Of a DNA stretch of 64,000 bases, positions 48,001 to 58,685 are shown piece after piece. This DNA is from an uncultured Gammaproteobacteria bacterium (lineage in GTDB: Bacteria; Pseudomonadota; Gammaproteobacteria; Pseudomonadales; Pseudohongiellaceae): assembly GCA_913060695.1 (NCBI GenBank), contig CAJXUA010000004.1, forward strand, positions 84,612 through 148,611, given 5' to 3'. The stretch's first letter is position 1. Each line of letters opens with the position of its first letter. The translations under genes and the position numbers were made by a program. Under the pieces are notes generated by a model. It made no database searches. It was given only the letters and a program-made list of their open reading frames with translations, and was not told the DNA's origin.

Positions 48001-48870
48001 TTACGCTGTTTCCCTGCGGATTAATTCGCGGTGCATCACTTGCACGTTCTTGATCTTATCAGCAAAGTGCCGCTTGAGCCTTTCGCTCAGATAGACGGAG
48101 CGATGCTGACCACCTGTACAACCGATCGCAACCGTCATATAGCTACGGTTGTTTTCTTCAAATTTTGGTAGCCATTTTAACAAGTACTGGCATAAATCTT
48201 CATACATGCTCTCAACCGTGTTCTGAGAGGATAACCAGTTCTGCACGGGCGCATCGAGGCCTGAAAGAGGGCGCAAGTCTGGCTCCCAGTAGGGATTGGG
48301 AAGGCAGCGCACATCGAAGACAACGTCCGCGTCGATGGGAACTCCATATTTATAGCCAAAGGACTCGAACATCAAGGCAAGGCCACTATCATCGCGCTCT
48401 ACAACACGAGTTTTTATAGTATCTCGCAGCTGGTGTAACGACATGTTGCTAGTGTCGATGGACAAGCTCGCGAGCAGAGCGATCTGCTCCAGCAGCTTCG
48501 TTTCTATGTTTATGGCCTGGCGCAAGCCAATCTTCTCGGTTGTCAGCGGGTGCTTGCGACGGCTTTCGCTAAAACGTTTGATAAGAGTAGGGCTGCTGGC
48601 GTCTAGGTAGATGATCTCTGTGCGTAGCGACTTCAGCTTAAGCTGCTCGATGATCTCAGGCACCTGCGTAAGATCCGAGGGAATATTGCGGGCGTCAATA
48701 CTGACCGCAACTAATGGTAGTTCTGTGCTCTGATCACTGACACGCTGCGCGAGTGCCGGCAATAGGCTAGCGGGCAGGTTGTCGATGCAATAATAGCCGT
48801 GATCCTCAAGCATGTTGAGGGCGGTACTCTTTCCGGAGCCGGAGCGCCCGCTGATAATTAGCAGTTTCAC
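48001..48870 (-). CDS. rapZ: RNase adapter protein RapZ
   Basis: It has Walker A GRSGSGKST and the C-terminal CTGGQHRSV. It is 289 aa. Confidence 0.93.
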   Translation of the reverse strand: MKLLIISGRSGSGKSTALNMLEDHGYYCIDNLPASLLPALAQRVSDQSTELPLVAVSIDARNIPSDLTQVPEIIEQLKLKSLRTEIIYLDASSPTLIKRFSESRRKHPLTTEKIGLRQAINIETKLLEQIALLASLSIDTSNMSLHQLRDTIKTRVVERDDSGLALMFESFGYKYGVPIDADVVFDVRCLPNPYWEPDLRPLSGLDAPVQNWLSSQNTVESMYEDLCQYLLKWLPKFEENNRSYMTVAIGCTGGQHRSVYLSERLKRHFADKIKNVQVMHRELIRRETA

Positions 48871-48964
48871 TTAGTCTATTCGCCTAGGGGGTTGGTGCAG
48901 ATTCGGATACTGTAGCGCTAAGAGCCTGCATAACATTATCAGCTTTGACTTGGGCTGAATAGTT

Positions 48965-49414
48965 TCAAAGGCGAGTGGCAATCTCGAATAACTGCTGTGG
49001 TGACTGGGCCTCACGAAGCTCTTGGCAGAAGGAATCCTGATGAAAGAGTGTTGCTAGAGCACCTAAAACCTTCAGGTGTTCATCGGTCTCCTGTGCAGGC
49101 ACGATTAACACAAACAGTAGGTCTACAGAGCGCGAATCGATCGCATCGAAATCGATACCTTCCTGCAAGGTTACCAGCGCCCCGGTAATGTGATCGCAGT
49201 CTGTTACGCGACAATGGGGGATGGCAATACCATTGCCGATGCCGGTGCTGCCCAGTTGCTCACGGGCAAGCAGTGCACTATAGATATGATCTGCGGAGAG
49301 GGAACATGTCTCGTCTGCAATTAATTCGCTGACAGTGGTGAGGAACCGCTTTTTACTAACACCCGGCAACTTCGAGAAACAGCGTTCTGGGGTCAGTATG
49401 GTATCGAGTCGCAT
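48965..49414 (-). CDS. ptsN: PTS(Ntr) IIA-like nitrogen regulatory protein
   Basis: It has the phospho-His region GNGIAIPHCR and is 149 aa. Confidence 0.9.
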   Translation of the reverse strand: MRLDTILTPERCFSKLPGVSKKRFLTTVSELIADETCSLSADHIYSALLAREQLGSTGIGNGIAIPHCRVTDCDHITGALVTLQEGIDFDAIDSRSVDLLFVLIVPAQETDEHLKVLGALATLFHQDSFCQELREAQSPQQLFEIATRL

Positions 49415-49524
49415 TATGGCTTGGTCTCATTGAACTAGAAATTCGACGGTAATTTTAGCATTGCTGTCGCGCGGATTTGAGGTTTTTTTTCGACCTTGGA
49501 TGAATTCGCAGCGTTATATGAAGT

Positions 49525-51081
49525 CTAGTCGAGTCTTTTGCGCTCGTTCGAAGGCGGAATAGCCAAGGATTCTCGATACTTGGCAATCGTTCGGCGTGCT
49601 ACGTTGATGCCTTGGTCTTCGAGTAACTTCGTAATTTTGCTGTCGCTTAGCGGCTTGCGTGTGTTCTCTGCGGCAACCAATTTCTTGATGAGGGCCCGGA
49701 TTGCCGTAGAGGAGCATTCGCCGCCACCGGCCGTACTGACATGGCTTGAGAAGAAATACTTCAGTTCGAAGATGCCCTTGGGGGTGTGCATATACTTCTG
49801 CGTTGTCACTCGCGAGATAGTGGACTCATGCATACTCACCGCCTCGGCGATATCGTGCAGCACGAGGGGTTTCATCGCCTCTTCGCCGTATTCGAAAAAG
49901 CCCTTCTGGTGCTCCACGATGCGTGTTGCCACCTTCATAAGGGTCTCGTTGCGACTCTGCAGACTCTTGATAAACCAACGTGCCTCCTGCAGGTTGTCGC
50001 GCAGATAATTATTGTCGGAGCTATTGTCAGCGCGCCGTACCAGCGAGGCGTAACCGGGGTTGATGCGAATCTTAGGCGCGGTTTCGGGGTTGAGCTCGAC
50101 GAGCCAGCGGCCGGTAGTGCTGTCTTTAGTGACGATGACATCGGGTACGATGTAACTGGTTGACGGAGGAGCAATATCCGAACCTGGGCGTGGATTGAGT
50201 TGTTCGATTACGGCGATGGCGTCGCGAAGCTCAGGCTCTTTGAGGCGTGTGAGGCGCATTAATTGTGCGTAGTCACGGTTGCCTAGCAATTGGAGGTGGT
50301 CTTTCACCACGATCTTGGCGTGTTTGACGGCGGTGGTTAGTAAGTCGTTCTCGAACTGCTGCAGTTGGATCAACAGGCACTCGGCAAGATCGCGATAACC
50401 GACGCCCACGGGATCGAATTGCTGGATGCGATGTAGCACTGCAACTACTTCGTCAGGGTCGATATCTAGCGAGCGGATAAGACTTGCGTGTATCGCATCG
50501 ATGCTAACGGTAAGCATGCCGTTGGGGTCGATGGCATCGATCAGGGCAAGGCCTATGAGGCGATCGGCGTCGGACATCGGAGTGAGATTCAGTTGCCACA
50601 TCAGGTGGTCTTGTAGGCTTTCGGTCACGCTATTACGTGATTCGAAATCCATGCTGTCGCCTTCGCCAGAGCCAGACCCGGAGCCTCCGGTGGTGTAAGT
50701 GCTTTGGTAGATGTCGTCCCAGCTACTATCAACAGACAGATCCTGGGGGATGCTCTCTTCCCAGCGATTGTCGTCGCCGTCGCTATCACTGCTGGCGCTA
50801 TATTCGGAGTTGTCTTTACTATCTTTGCTGGAGATTACGCGGTCGGCACTAAACTCGTCGCTAGAGCTGCTACTTTCGCTATTGGTCTCTGCTGCAGCGT
50901 CTTCTTTGGCATGGAAATCGTCGAGGCCTTCATCCAGTTCGAGCATGGGATTAGATTCGAGTGCTGAATGGATTTCTTGCTGAAGATCGAGAGTGGAGAG
51001 CTGAAGTAGGCGGATGGCTTGCTGCAGCTGGGGGGTCATGGTCAGTTGCTGACCCATCTTTAGCTGAAGCGATAATTTCAT
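49525..51081 (-). CDS. rpoN: RNA polymerase sigma-54 factor
   Basis: It has a Gln/Leu-rich region I, an acidic region II and the RpoN box ARRTIAKYR. Confidence 0.96.
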   Translation of the reverse strand: MKLSLQLKMGQQLTMTPQLQQAIRLLQLSTLDLQQEIHSALESNPMLELDEGLDDFHAKEDAAAETNSESSSSSDEFSADRVISSKDSKDNSEYSASSDSDGDDNRWEESIPQDLSVDSSWDDIYQSTYTTGGSGSGSGEGDSMDFESRNSVTESLQDHLMWQLNLTPMSDADRLIGLALIDAIDPNGMLTVSIDAIHASLIRSLDIDPDEVVAVLHRIQQFDPVGVGYRDLAECLLIQLQQFENDLLTTAVKHAKIVVKDHLQLLGNRDYAQLMRLTRLKEPELRDAIAVIEQLNPRPGSDIAPPSTSYIVPDVIVTKDSTTGRWLVELNPETAPKIRINPGYASLVRRADNSSDNNYLRDNLQEARWFIKSLQSRNETLMKVATRIVEHQKGFFEYGEEAMKPLVLHDIAEAVSMHESTISRVTTQKYMHTPKGIFELKYFFSSHVSTAGGGECSSTAIRALIKKLVAAENTRKPLSDSKITKLLEDQGINVARRTIAKYRESLAIPPSNERKRLD

Positions 51082-51133
51082 AGTGATGCGTACTTCATAA
51101 TGTGAAATTCTGTGGTTATGTGCTGGTGCTTTA

Positions 51134-51175
51134 GTTGGGTAAGCCTCTTAAGAGGCACTTTGCCTTTAACCCAAC
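51134..51175 (-). promoter_or_regulatory. Nested hairpin in the rpoN leader
   Basis: The outer arms GTTGGGT...ACCCAAC enclose the perfect palindrome GCCTCTTAAGAGGC. It lies 53-94 nt upstream of the rpoN ATG. Confidence 0.3.
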
Positions 51176-51307
51176 GCGATAGCAAGTATCGTGCCGTAAG
51201 TCGCTAGCAAATTTCAAGCCCAATCGGCAAATTTATGCGGCAGCTATGGTTGATTGTGGCGAATCGGGTTAAGACTATTGAAGACACTTAGTACTCCGAT
51301 TCCGTGT

Positions 51308-51433
51308 CGCTGCCGGGTACACCGTGCTGGAAGACGCCGTAGATCCATCCGTGGAGGCTCTACGACGGCATCCCTGCCGTCGAAGCTTCCCGCCCAGTGC
51401 ACCCGACATCGACACTGACTTTGTGCCAACGAA
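51308..51433 (+). repeat. GC-rich intergenic repeat, family R1, copy A
   Basis: It aligns over about 126 nt with the reverse complement of 51531-51660. Shared blocks include cgctgccgggt, aagacgccgt, atccatcc, tggaggctctacg, cgaagctt, cccgaca and tgtgcca. Confidence 0.8.
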
Positions 51434-51484
51434 TTGGCATGTATTTCCGAAGATATGTTTCAATCGACCCATATCGCATACAGA

Positions 51485-51510
51485 GTAGGCGATGGCCTAA
51501 ACCTCCTACA
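51485..51510 (-). repeat. REP-like block (reverse complement tgtaggaggtttaggccatcgcctac)
   Basis: It matches 4016-4041 (tgtgggagatttaggcctatcgcctg) at 22 of 26 positions. Confidence 0.65.
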
Positions 51511-51530
51511 AATCCTCATTAAGCCAGCCG

Positions 51531-51660
51531 TTCGCTGGCACAGAAATAGTGCCGGTGTCGGGTTCTCTCTGCGGAAAGCTTCGGCGGCATGGAAAGCCGA
51601 CGTAGAGCCTCCATGGATGGATTCACGGCGTCTTTGCGCAGAGAGAACCCGGCAGCGGCG
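51531..51660 (-). repeat. GC-rich intergenic repeat, family R1, copy B (inverted relative to copy A)
   Basis: See copy A. Its internal arms gggttctctctgcg/cgcagagagaaccc are complementary. They are replaced in copy A by a different, still partly complementary pair. Confidence 0.8.
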
Positions 51661-51781
51661 CGGGAACAATGCCACCCAGCCAGCCATTACTGCGGAATAA
51701 AAAGCGAATATGGTCCGTTCTGTGAGAATTTGTGCAAATGGCAGGTTCTTCGCGGGCTAGCCCCCCATAAATAGGGCAAGC

Positions 51782-51793
51782 GCTCCTACAGTC
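51782..51793 (-). repeat. REP-like block (reverse complement gactgtaggagc)
   Basis: It is identical to the 12-mer at 3951-3962. Confidence 0.5.
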
Positions 51794-51804
51794 AGAGTAA
51801 TTCT

Positions 51805-52530
51805 CTAGATTTTAAACTGATGTCCAAGATAAACGTCGCGGACTTTTTGATTGCTTAGGATTGTTTCTGAGGAGCCCTCGGCGATGATTTGGCCCTCGCT
51901 TACTATGTAGGCTTTCTCGCAGATATCCAGAGTCTCTCGGACATTGTGGTCGGTTAATAGCACCCCTATGCCTTTCTCTTTCAAATGCGTAATGATCGCC
52001 TTGATGTCGCTCACGGAGATTGGGTCTACCCCCGCGAATGGCTCGTCTAGGAGGATGAACTGCGGTTCCGCGGCCAGTGCTCGCGCGATCTCCGTGCGGC
52101 GCCGTTCTCCCCCTGAGAGACTCATCCCCTTGTTGTCGCGGATGTGCGTGATGTGGAACTCCGCCAGCAAGCTCTCTAGCTTATCTTTGCGCGCATGGCG
52201 GTCGAGCTCCTTGCGTGTTTCTAGAATCGCCATGATATTTTCCGCCACCGTGAGAGTACGGAAGATGGATGAGTCTTGGGGGAGGTAGCCAACGCCACGT
52301 TGTGCCCGTGCGTGCATAGGCATCGACGTCAAGTCTGTCTGGTCTAGTGAGATTCTGCCGCTATCGGCTTGGATCAGGCCCACTATCATGTAGAAGCAGG
52401 TGGTCTTGCCCGCGCCATTGGGGCCAAGTAGCCCTACAATCTGACCGCTTCCGACACTAATACTGACATCGCGTACGACATGGCGCCCTTTGTAGGCTTT
52501 CGCTAGATTGCTTGCTTGTAGAATATTCAT
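51805..52530 (-). CDS. lptB: LPS export ABC transporter ATP-binding protein
   Basis: It has Walker [10 protein letters not shown], the signature LSGGERRR and Walker B ILLDEP. It is 241 aa. Confidence 0.95.
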   Translation of the reverse strand: MNILQASNLAKAYKGRHVVRDVSISVGSGQIVGLLGPNGAGKTTCFYMIVGLIQADSGRISLDQTDLTSMPMHARAQRGVGYLPQDSSIFRTLTVAENIMAILETRKELDRHARKDKLESLLAEFHITHIRDNKGMSLSGGERRRTEIARALAAEPQFILLDEPFAGVDPISVSDIKAIITHLKEKGIGVLLTDHNVRETLDICEKAYIVSEGQIIAEGSSETILSNQKVRDVYLGHQFKI

Positions 52531-53048
52531 CAGTTGCTTGGAGGGCTGAGTGAGCCGCTGCAGGCTTGGCCCGAGGTCGCGCCGGTCTCAATTGTGTGGC
52601 GAATCTGCGCGCAGCGTAGCGTGGTGCCGGGTTGAATAAAATTGGCGCTGCCGATGAATTCGACTACGGACTCTAGGCCCGCATAATAATTAATTGTCTC
52701 GCTATTGCCTGTCACTACATCGTTCGGCTGATCTGCTTTTTGCTCGAAATTTGCCGGCACGCCAGTGACTCGTACTTGTTGCAGCTGATTGTTCTGGTTG
52801 TATTCGAGCACAGCCACATCGCCAGTAAGCTCGATGTTGTTCTGGCGTACAAACACATTGTCGCGCAGCGTGATTACCCGCAGGCCGTTCACAGTCTCGA
52901 TGGTGGTTTCTCCGTCGGCGCTATACTCGTGGCTACCGGCCGCCTCCTGTGCATGGTTGCGGGTAGTGGCGAAGGAGAGTGAGAGGGCGAGTGCGCCCAT
53001 CATCAACGTGCTGGCTATGCGCTTAAGGTTGACTGCTTTGAACTTCAT
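52530..53048 (-). CDS. lptA: LPS transport periplasmic protein LptA
   Basis: It has a signal peptide and an OstA-like beta-jellyroll pattern. It lies between lptC and lptB, and its stop overlaps the lptB start. Confidence 0.85.
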   Translation of the reverse strand: MKFKAVNLKRIASTLMMGALALSLSFATTRNHAQEAAGSHEYSADGETTIETVNGLRVITLRDNVFVRQNNIELTGDVAVLEYNQNNQLQQVRVTGVPANFEQKADQPNDVVTGNSETINYYAGLESVVEFIGSANFIQPGTTLRCAQIRHTIETGATSGQACSGSLSPPSN

Positions 53049-53688
53049 ATCGGCCCTTGACCTCTGTTAGAAAGGTCAGTGTGTCCTGGCGCAGATCGGC
53101 ATGCATGCCTATAGCGGTCTGTCGCAGGGTGTTAGTGGTCATCAATACTTCGCGATCCGTTTGCATGGTTTCGGTGTTCGGGAATAGCGAAAGAAAACTG
53201 GTCGAGAGCGTCATTGTGTTGCCCGTGTCGTCGTTCTGAAAAAGCTCGACCTCGTCACTTAAATCGAGTTGCTCTATGCGGTCACTTTGCTCGGCTGCGA
53301 GGATTCTGCCCGATCTGGCGACGATATTCCAGCGAGCACCTGAGCCTTGGTAGAGGCGGACATAGGGATTAGTCAGCTGTGTGCTGTTGTCGAGGTAGTG
53401 AATCTGCTCTTCTGCTTCGAGGGTGTATTCGATATTGCCGTCGATATCATAGAGGACGGTAGTGACACCGTTGGAGTAGGCGTCAAAGGTGATGGCTGGA
53501 CTAGTCTCTTCTACTAGTCTGGCTTGTGAGCGACGTTCCTGCAAAAAACCGCGGCCAGCATACAGCGCGACTAATATCGCGAGCGATCCGATCCAGAAGC
53601 GTGGTCCTGAAAGGAGCTCGCGCAGGTTGACCATTTTGTCGCTAGGCGCGATGGCGTCGATGTTAGAGGTAGGGCGCGATGGCGTCAT
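53023..53688 (-). CDS. lptC: LPS export system protein LptC
   Basis: It has one N-terminal TM helix (FWIGSLAILVALYA) and the expected position. The start is ambiguous. ATG 53688 has an AGGAA 7 nt upstream, and ATG 53634 is the alternative. Confidence 0.7.
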   Translation of the reverse strand: MTPSRPTSNIDAIAPSDKMVNLRELLSGPRFWIGSLAILVALYAGRGFLQERRSQARLVEETSPAITFDAYSNGVTTVLYDIDGNIEYTLEAEEQIHYLDNSTQLTNPYVRLYQGSGARWNIVARSGRILAAEQSDRIEQLDLSDEVELFQNDDTGNTMTLSTSFLSLFPNTETMQTDREVLMTTNTLRQTAIGMHADLRQDTLTFLTEVKGRYEVQSSQP

Positions 53689-54202
53689 CGTAACGTTCCT
53701 GAGCCTGCAGAATAAAATCACAAACCTCACGCACGGCTCCCAAACCACCGGAGAGCTGCGTTTGCAAATGGGCTATAGACTTTACGCTGCTGTGGGCGTT
53801 GTCGACTGCGAAACCAAGGCGTACTGCCTTCATCACACGTATATCGGGCAGGTCGTCGCCTACGTAGGCGATATTCTCTTTCTTAAAACCGTGCTGCTCG
53901 CATAACTCAGCAAGGGCCTCAAGCTTGTCTTCGCGGCCCTGCACTACGATCTTGATGCCAAGGTTCTCGGCTCGCTTGCTTAGCAGTGCCGATTTGCGCC
54001 CGCTCAGAATCCCTACCTGTACCCCGTTGTTTTGCAACAGTTTAATGCCTTGTCCATCGAGTGTGCTGAAGGCCTTAATTTCTTCGCCACTATCGGCGAG
54101 AAACAGTTCACCCGCGGTTAGTACCCCGTCGACATCGAGTAATAGGAGAGTGGTATCACGGGCCCGCTCCAGCGCGTCGCTGGGGTCGATATTGAAGAGC
54201 AT
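53663..54202 (-). CDS. kdsC: 3-deoxy-D-manno-octulosonate 8-phosphate phosphatase
   Basis: It has HAD motif I LLLDVDGVLT, is 179 aa, and lies downstream of kdsD. Confidence 0.9.
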   Translation of the reverse strand: MLFNIDPSDALERARDTTLLLLDVDGVLTAGELFLADSGEEIKAFSTLDGQGIKLLQNNGVQVGILSGRKSALLSKRAENLGIKIVVQGREDKLEALAELCEQHGFKKENIAYVGDDLPDIRVMKAVRLGFAVDNAHSSVKSIAHLQTQLSGGLGAVREVCDFILQAQERYDDAIAPYL

Positions 54203-54246
54203 AATCGTCGGTTTCCTATTAGTGAGCCAGTATTAAGGCCTAGCCC

Positions 54247-55221
54247 CTATACGACATTGGCCTGAAGAAGGTCATGCATGCGTATCACACCACTTAGTGT
54301 TTGCGCTGCATCGACAACCAACAGGGTGTAGACACTAGTCTCTTGCATCATCAATACTGCCTCTGTCGCTAAGGCATTCTCTTGAATCTTCTTGTTCTTC
54401 GCCGACATCACCTCGTGGATATAGGTCTTGTGGATATCCTTGCCTGAATCGAGTGTACGGCGCAGATCGCCGTCGGTAAAGACGCCGCATAGTGTCCCGG
54501 CTGCATCGATGACAGTGGTCATGCCTAGACCCTTGCGGCTTACCTCTAGCAGTGCGTCGCTAAGCAATGTGTCTGGGCTAACCTTCGGAATAGCATCGCC
54601 GGAGTGCATGACGTCTTTGACCTTGAGCAATAGACGCCTGCCGAGCTTGCCTCCTGGGTGGGAGAAAGCGAATTCCTCTGGCGTGAAGCCACGGGCCTCC
54701 ATGAGCGCCATCGCCAGCGCATCGCCGAGCACCAGCACTACCGTGGTGCTGGTAGTAGGCGCGAGCCCGAGGGGACAGGCCTCTTCCTCGACACTGCCAT
54801 CTAAATGGACATCGGCAACTGTAGCGAGCAGCGATTCCTTGTTTCCAGTGAGGCTGATAATCGGAATGCCTTTGCGTTTCAGAATTGGCATTAGCGTGAG
54901 TATTTCGCTAGCAGTGCCAGAGTAGGAGATGGCGATCACCACGTCTTTATCGGTGATCATGCCTAGATCGCCATGGCTTGCCTCGCCTGGATGCACAAAC
55001 ATGGCGGGAGAGCCGGTGCTAGATAGGGTTGCTGCGATCTTTCTGCCGATCAGGCCCGATTTGCCCATGCCCAGCACCACAACGCGGCCTTTGCAGGCCA
55101 GTATCAGGGCGCAGGCTTGCGCGAAACTATCATCGATGCGGGTCATTAAGGCACCAATGGCGCGGTGTTCGATGTCGATCGTGCGCAATGCGCGCTGGAT
55201 CAAATAATCTGTTTCAGTCAT
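54247..55221 (-). CDS. kdsD: Arabinose-5-phosphate isomerase
   Basis: It has a SIS domain (VVVLGMGKSG) followed by tandem CBS domains. It is 324 aa. Confidence 0.93.
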   Translation of the reverse strand: MTETDYLIQRALRTIDIEHRAIGALMTRIDDSFAQACALILACKGRVVVLGMGKSGLIGRKIAATLSSTGSPAMFVHPGEASHGDLGMITDKDVVIAISYSGTASEILTLMPILKRKGIPIISLTGNKESLLATVADVHLDGSVEEEACPLGLAPTTSTTVVLVLGDALAMALMEARGFTPEEFAFSHPGGKLGRRLLLKVKDVMHSGDAIPKVSPDTLLSDALLEVSRKGLGMTTVIDAAGTLCGVFTDGDLRRTLDSGKDIHKTYIHEVMSAKNKKIQENALATEAVLMMQETSVYTLLVVDAAQTLSGVIRMHDLLQANVV

Positions 55222-55270
55222 CTGCTAGTTTCTTCCATCCTGAGTCTGCAATAACGCCGCGAATCAGGCG

Positions 55271-56266
55271 TTAAATTTGTTGGTACATGATGCTAAACCA
55301 AAGCGCGTACATCAGTAAGAAGACGAAACCGAAGCTGCGTCCTATCGTCTTTCCTGACTTTATGGTCCAGAAGCAGGTGCCTGCTAGCACCACGGTCATG
55401 GCCAGCATTGTCGCATAATCTCGATAAAACAACTCCTGCTCGATCGGGCCCGCGGCGAGCAGGCCGGGGAATGGAAGCACTACAAGGAGGTTGAGGATGT
55501 TGGAGCCCACGATATTGCCTAAGGCGAGGTCCGAGTGGCCGCGCAATACGGAGGCGACGCAGGCGGCAAGCTCTGGGAGGCTGGTGCCCAGTGCCACTAT
55601 GGTAAGGCCAATGATGGCAGAGGAGACACCTAAGCGTGTCGCGATCGAGCTAGCGCCTCCGACCAAGGCCTCTGCGCCTACAACGAGCAGCACTAGCCCA
55701 ATGCTAAGGCGCAGGCTGGCGCGGGTCGTACTGATCGCAGGGATATCGGTGTCTTCCTCTATTTCGGCCAGATCCGGCGCGGGTTCGCCGCGCAAACCCC
55801 GGCGTACTAAGGCTAGTACGCAAAGCGCCAATAGGGCGATTAACACAAGGCTGTCGATGATGCCGATATACAGATTGGAGAAGACGATGCCAGTGACGAC
55901 TGTAACAATCAGCAGGGCAGGCAACTCTCTTCTCACAAGGGAGTTCGGAGGCGTTATAGGGCGGATAAGTGCAGCAATGCCAAGCGCTACCCCAATATTG
56001 AATATGTTGGAGCCTAGGGCGTTGCCGATGGCTATGGGGGCTTGGTTCTCTATGGCCGCGACCGCCGAAGAGAAGAATTCGGGAGCCGATGTGCCGAATG
56101 CCACAATCGTCAGGCCTATCATCAATGGGGCGACCCCAAAGTTGAAGGCGATGGCCGAAGCTCCGGCTACAAATTTGTCAGCCCCCCAAATTAGCCCGAC
56201 AAAACCGAATATCACAATGACGACGTCTAACAACATACATAGAGCCGGAAAAAGGGTGGGCACCAA
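55271..56266 (-). CDS. yrbG: CaCA-family calcium/sodium antiporter (YrbG-like)
   Basis: It has two alpha-repeats, GTSAPE and GTSLPE, and about 10 TM helices. Confidence 0.85.
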   Translation of the reverse strand: MVPTLFPALCMLLDVVIVIFGFVGLIWGADKFVAGASAIAFNFGVAPLMIGLTIVAFGTSAPEFFSSAVAAIENQAPIAIGNALGSNIFNIGVALGIAALIRPITPPNSLVRRELPALLIVTVVTGIVFSNLYIGIIDSLVLIALLALCVLALVRRGLRGEPAPDLAEIEEDTDIPAISTTRASLRLSIGLVLLVVGAEALVGGASSIATRLGVSSAIIGLTIVALGTSLPELAACVASVLRGHSDLALGNIVGSNILNLLVVLPFPGLLAAGPIEQELFYRDYATMLAMTVVLAGTCFWTIKSGKTIGRSFGFVFLLMYALWFSIMYQQI

Positions 56267-56460
56267 TTAGACGAAGGAATATTAATGTTTGCAAGTAGTA
56301 ATTTATTGCGGTGGCCGTTTGATGTAAACTGCGCGCAGCTTTCTACAAGCTACGACGCTGAGTCTGATAGCTCTGCTCGACGGCCTTTAAAACACTGTGA
56401 AACAAGCAGTTTCGTCAGACAATCTATACGCGTTTACCGATAAAACAGGAGATAGCTCAC

Positions 56461-57063
56461 GTGATCAAATTTAAGCATTTCGTTGCCATTGCCATATTGA
56501 CCCTGACAGCCCCATTTGCCTTCGCAGCAGAGGAGATGTCTGCAGTGGACTCCGCCCGCGAGTCGGTAAATGAATTGCTCGCGAAAGTTGAAGAGTTGAA
56601 GCCAATCTTTGAATCCGATCGCGAGCGCTATTTCGCGGGTATTCAGGATTCACTGAACCTGTTTGTCGACTTCGATGAGGTTGCAACCGGCGTCATGGCC
56701 CGTTATGCCGAACAAGCTACAGCGGAGCAGATCACTCGCTTCGGAGATAAGCTCAGGACAACCCTGACGCGCTTCTACGGTGCTGCGCTGGTCGGTTACG
56801 ACGGCCAGGAACTCGTCTTCCTGCCAGCTGGTCGCCCTTCTCCAGAGCCAGAAGAGAATACCAATGTGCGTATGCAGATCACCGCGAATAACAGCACGGT
56901 TGAGTTGCAGTACACCCTCTTCTTGAACGAAGCGCGCGAGTGGAAACTGAAGAACCTGTATCTGGGGGGCATTAACTTGCGTCGCCAGTATTACACCCAG
57001 TTCTCAGCCCTTATGAATCGCTATGGCAATGACATCGATCAGGTGATCAATAATTGGCAGTAA
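56461..57063 (+). CDS. mlaC: MlaC/Ttg2D-family periplasmic phospholipid-binding protein
   Basis: It has a signal peptide, is 200 aa, and has a family-typical pattern (FDEVATGVMARY...WKLKNLYLGGINL). It uses a GTG start. Confidence 0.75.
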   Translation: MIKFKHFVAIAILTLTAPFAFAAEEMSAVDSARESVNELLAKVEELKPIFESDRERYFAGIQDSLNLFVDFDEVATGVMARYAEQATAEQITRFGDKLRTTLTRFYGAALVGYDGQELVFLPAGRPSPEPEENTNVRMQITANNSTVELQYTLFLNEAREWKLKNLYLGGINLRRQYYTQFSALMNRYGNDIDQVINNWQ

Positions 57064-57104
57064 GCCGTGCCCACACTAAGATTTAGAAATATACAGGTTG
57101 TTTT

Positions 57105-57350
57105 ATGATGATTGACGCAGGACAAATTCAAGACTTACTGCGCGCCGCGCTTCCCGATTGTGAGATCAGCGTGAACGGCGAAGGAGGCAAGTTTCAAGTG
57201 CTCGCTATTGGCGACGTCTTTACCGGGCTCAACCCGGTAAAGCGTCAGCAGCAGGTCTACCAAATTCTGAACCCTCATATTGCGTCAGGCGCGATTCATG
57301 CTGTTAGCATGCGCTTGATGACCGTCCAGGAAAAGGCCGCACAGGCCTGA
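57105..57350 (+). CDS. ibaG: BolA-family protein IbaG
   Basis: It is 81 aa and has the VKRQQQVY...IHAVS BolA-like core. It lies immediately upstream of murA. Confidence 0.85.
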   Translation: MMIDAGQIQDLLRAALPDCEISVNGEGGKFQVLAIGDVFTGLNPVKRQQQVYQILNPHIASGAIHAVSMRLMTVQEKAAQA

Positions 57351-57367
57351 ACCCACAGACTCTTTAA

Positions 57368-58642
<1,275 letters not shown>

Positions 58643-58685
58643 GGGGCGTAAGCGCCCCGGAAGTAAAGAAAGGCAAGCGAGACCT

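Noticed and set aside
51244-51774. Five 61-88-aa ORFs on both strands between lptB and rpoN
   Set aside because: They are mutually overlapping translations of the inverted repeat copies, with similar peptide strings in both orientations. They are repeat artefacts and not genes.
55491-56270. A 259-aa plus-strand ORF
   Set aside because: It is entirely antisense to the yrbG antiporter gene, which has clear GTSAPE/GTSLPE alpha-repeats. The antisense product is a low-complexity Ala/Ser/Pro/Arg-rich sequence typical of GC-rich shadow ORFs.
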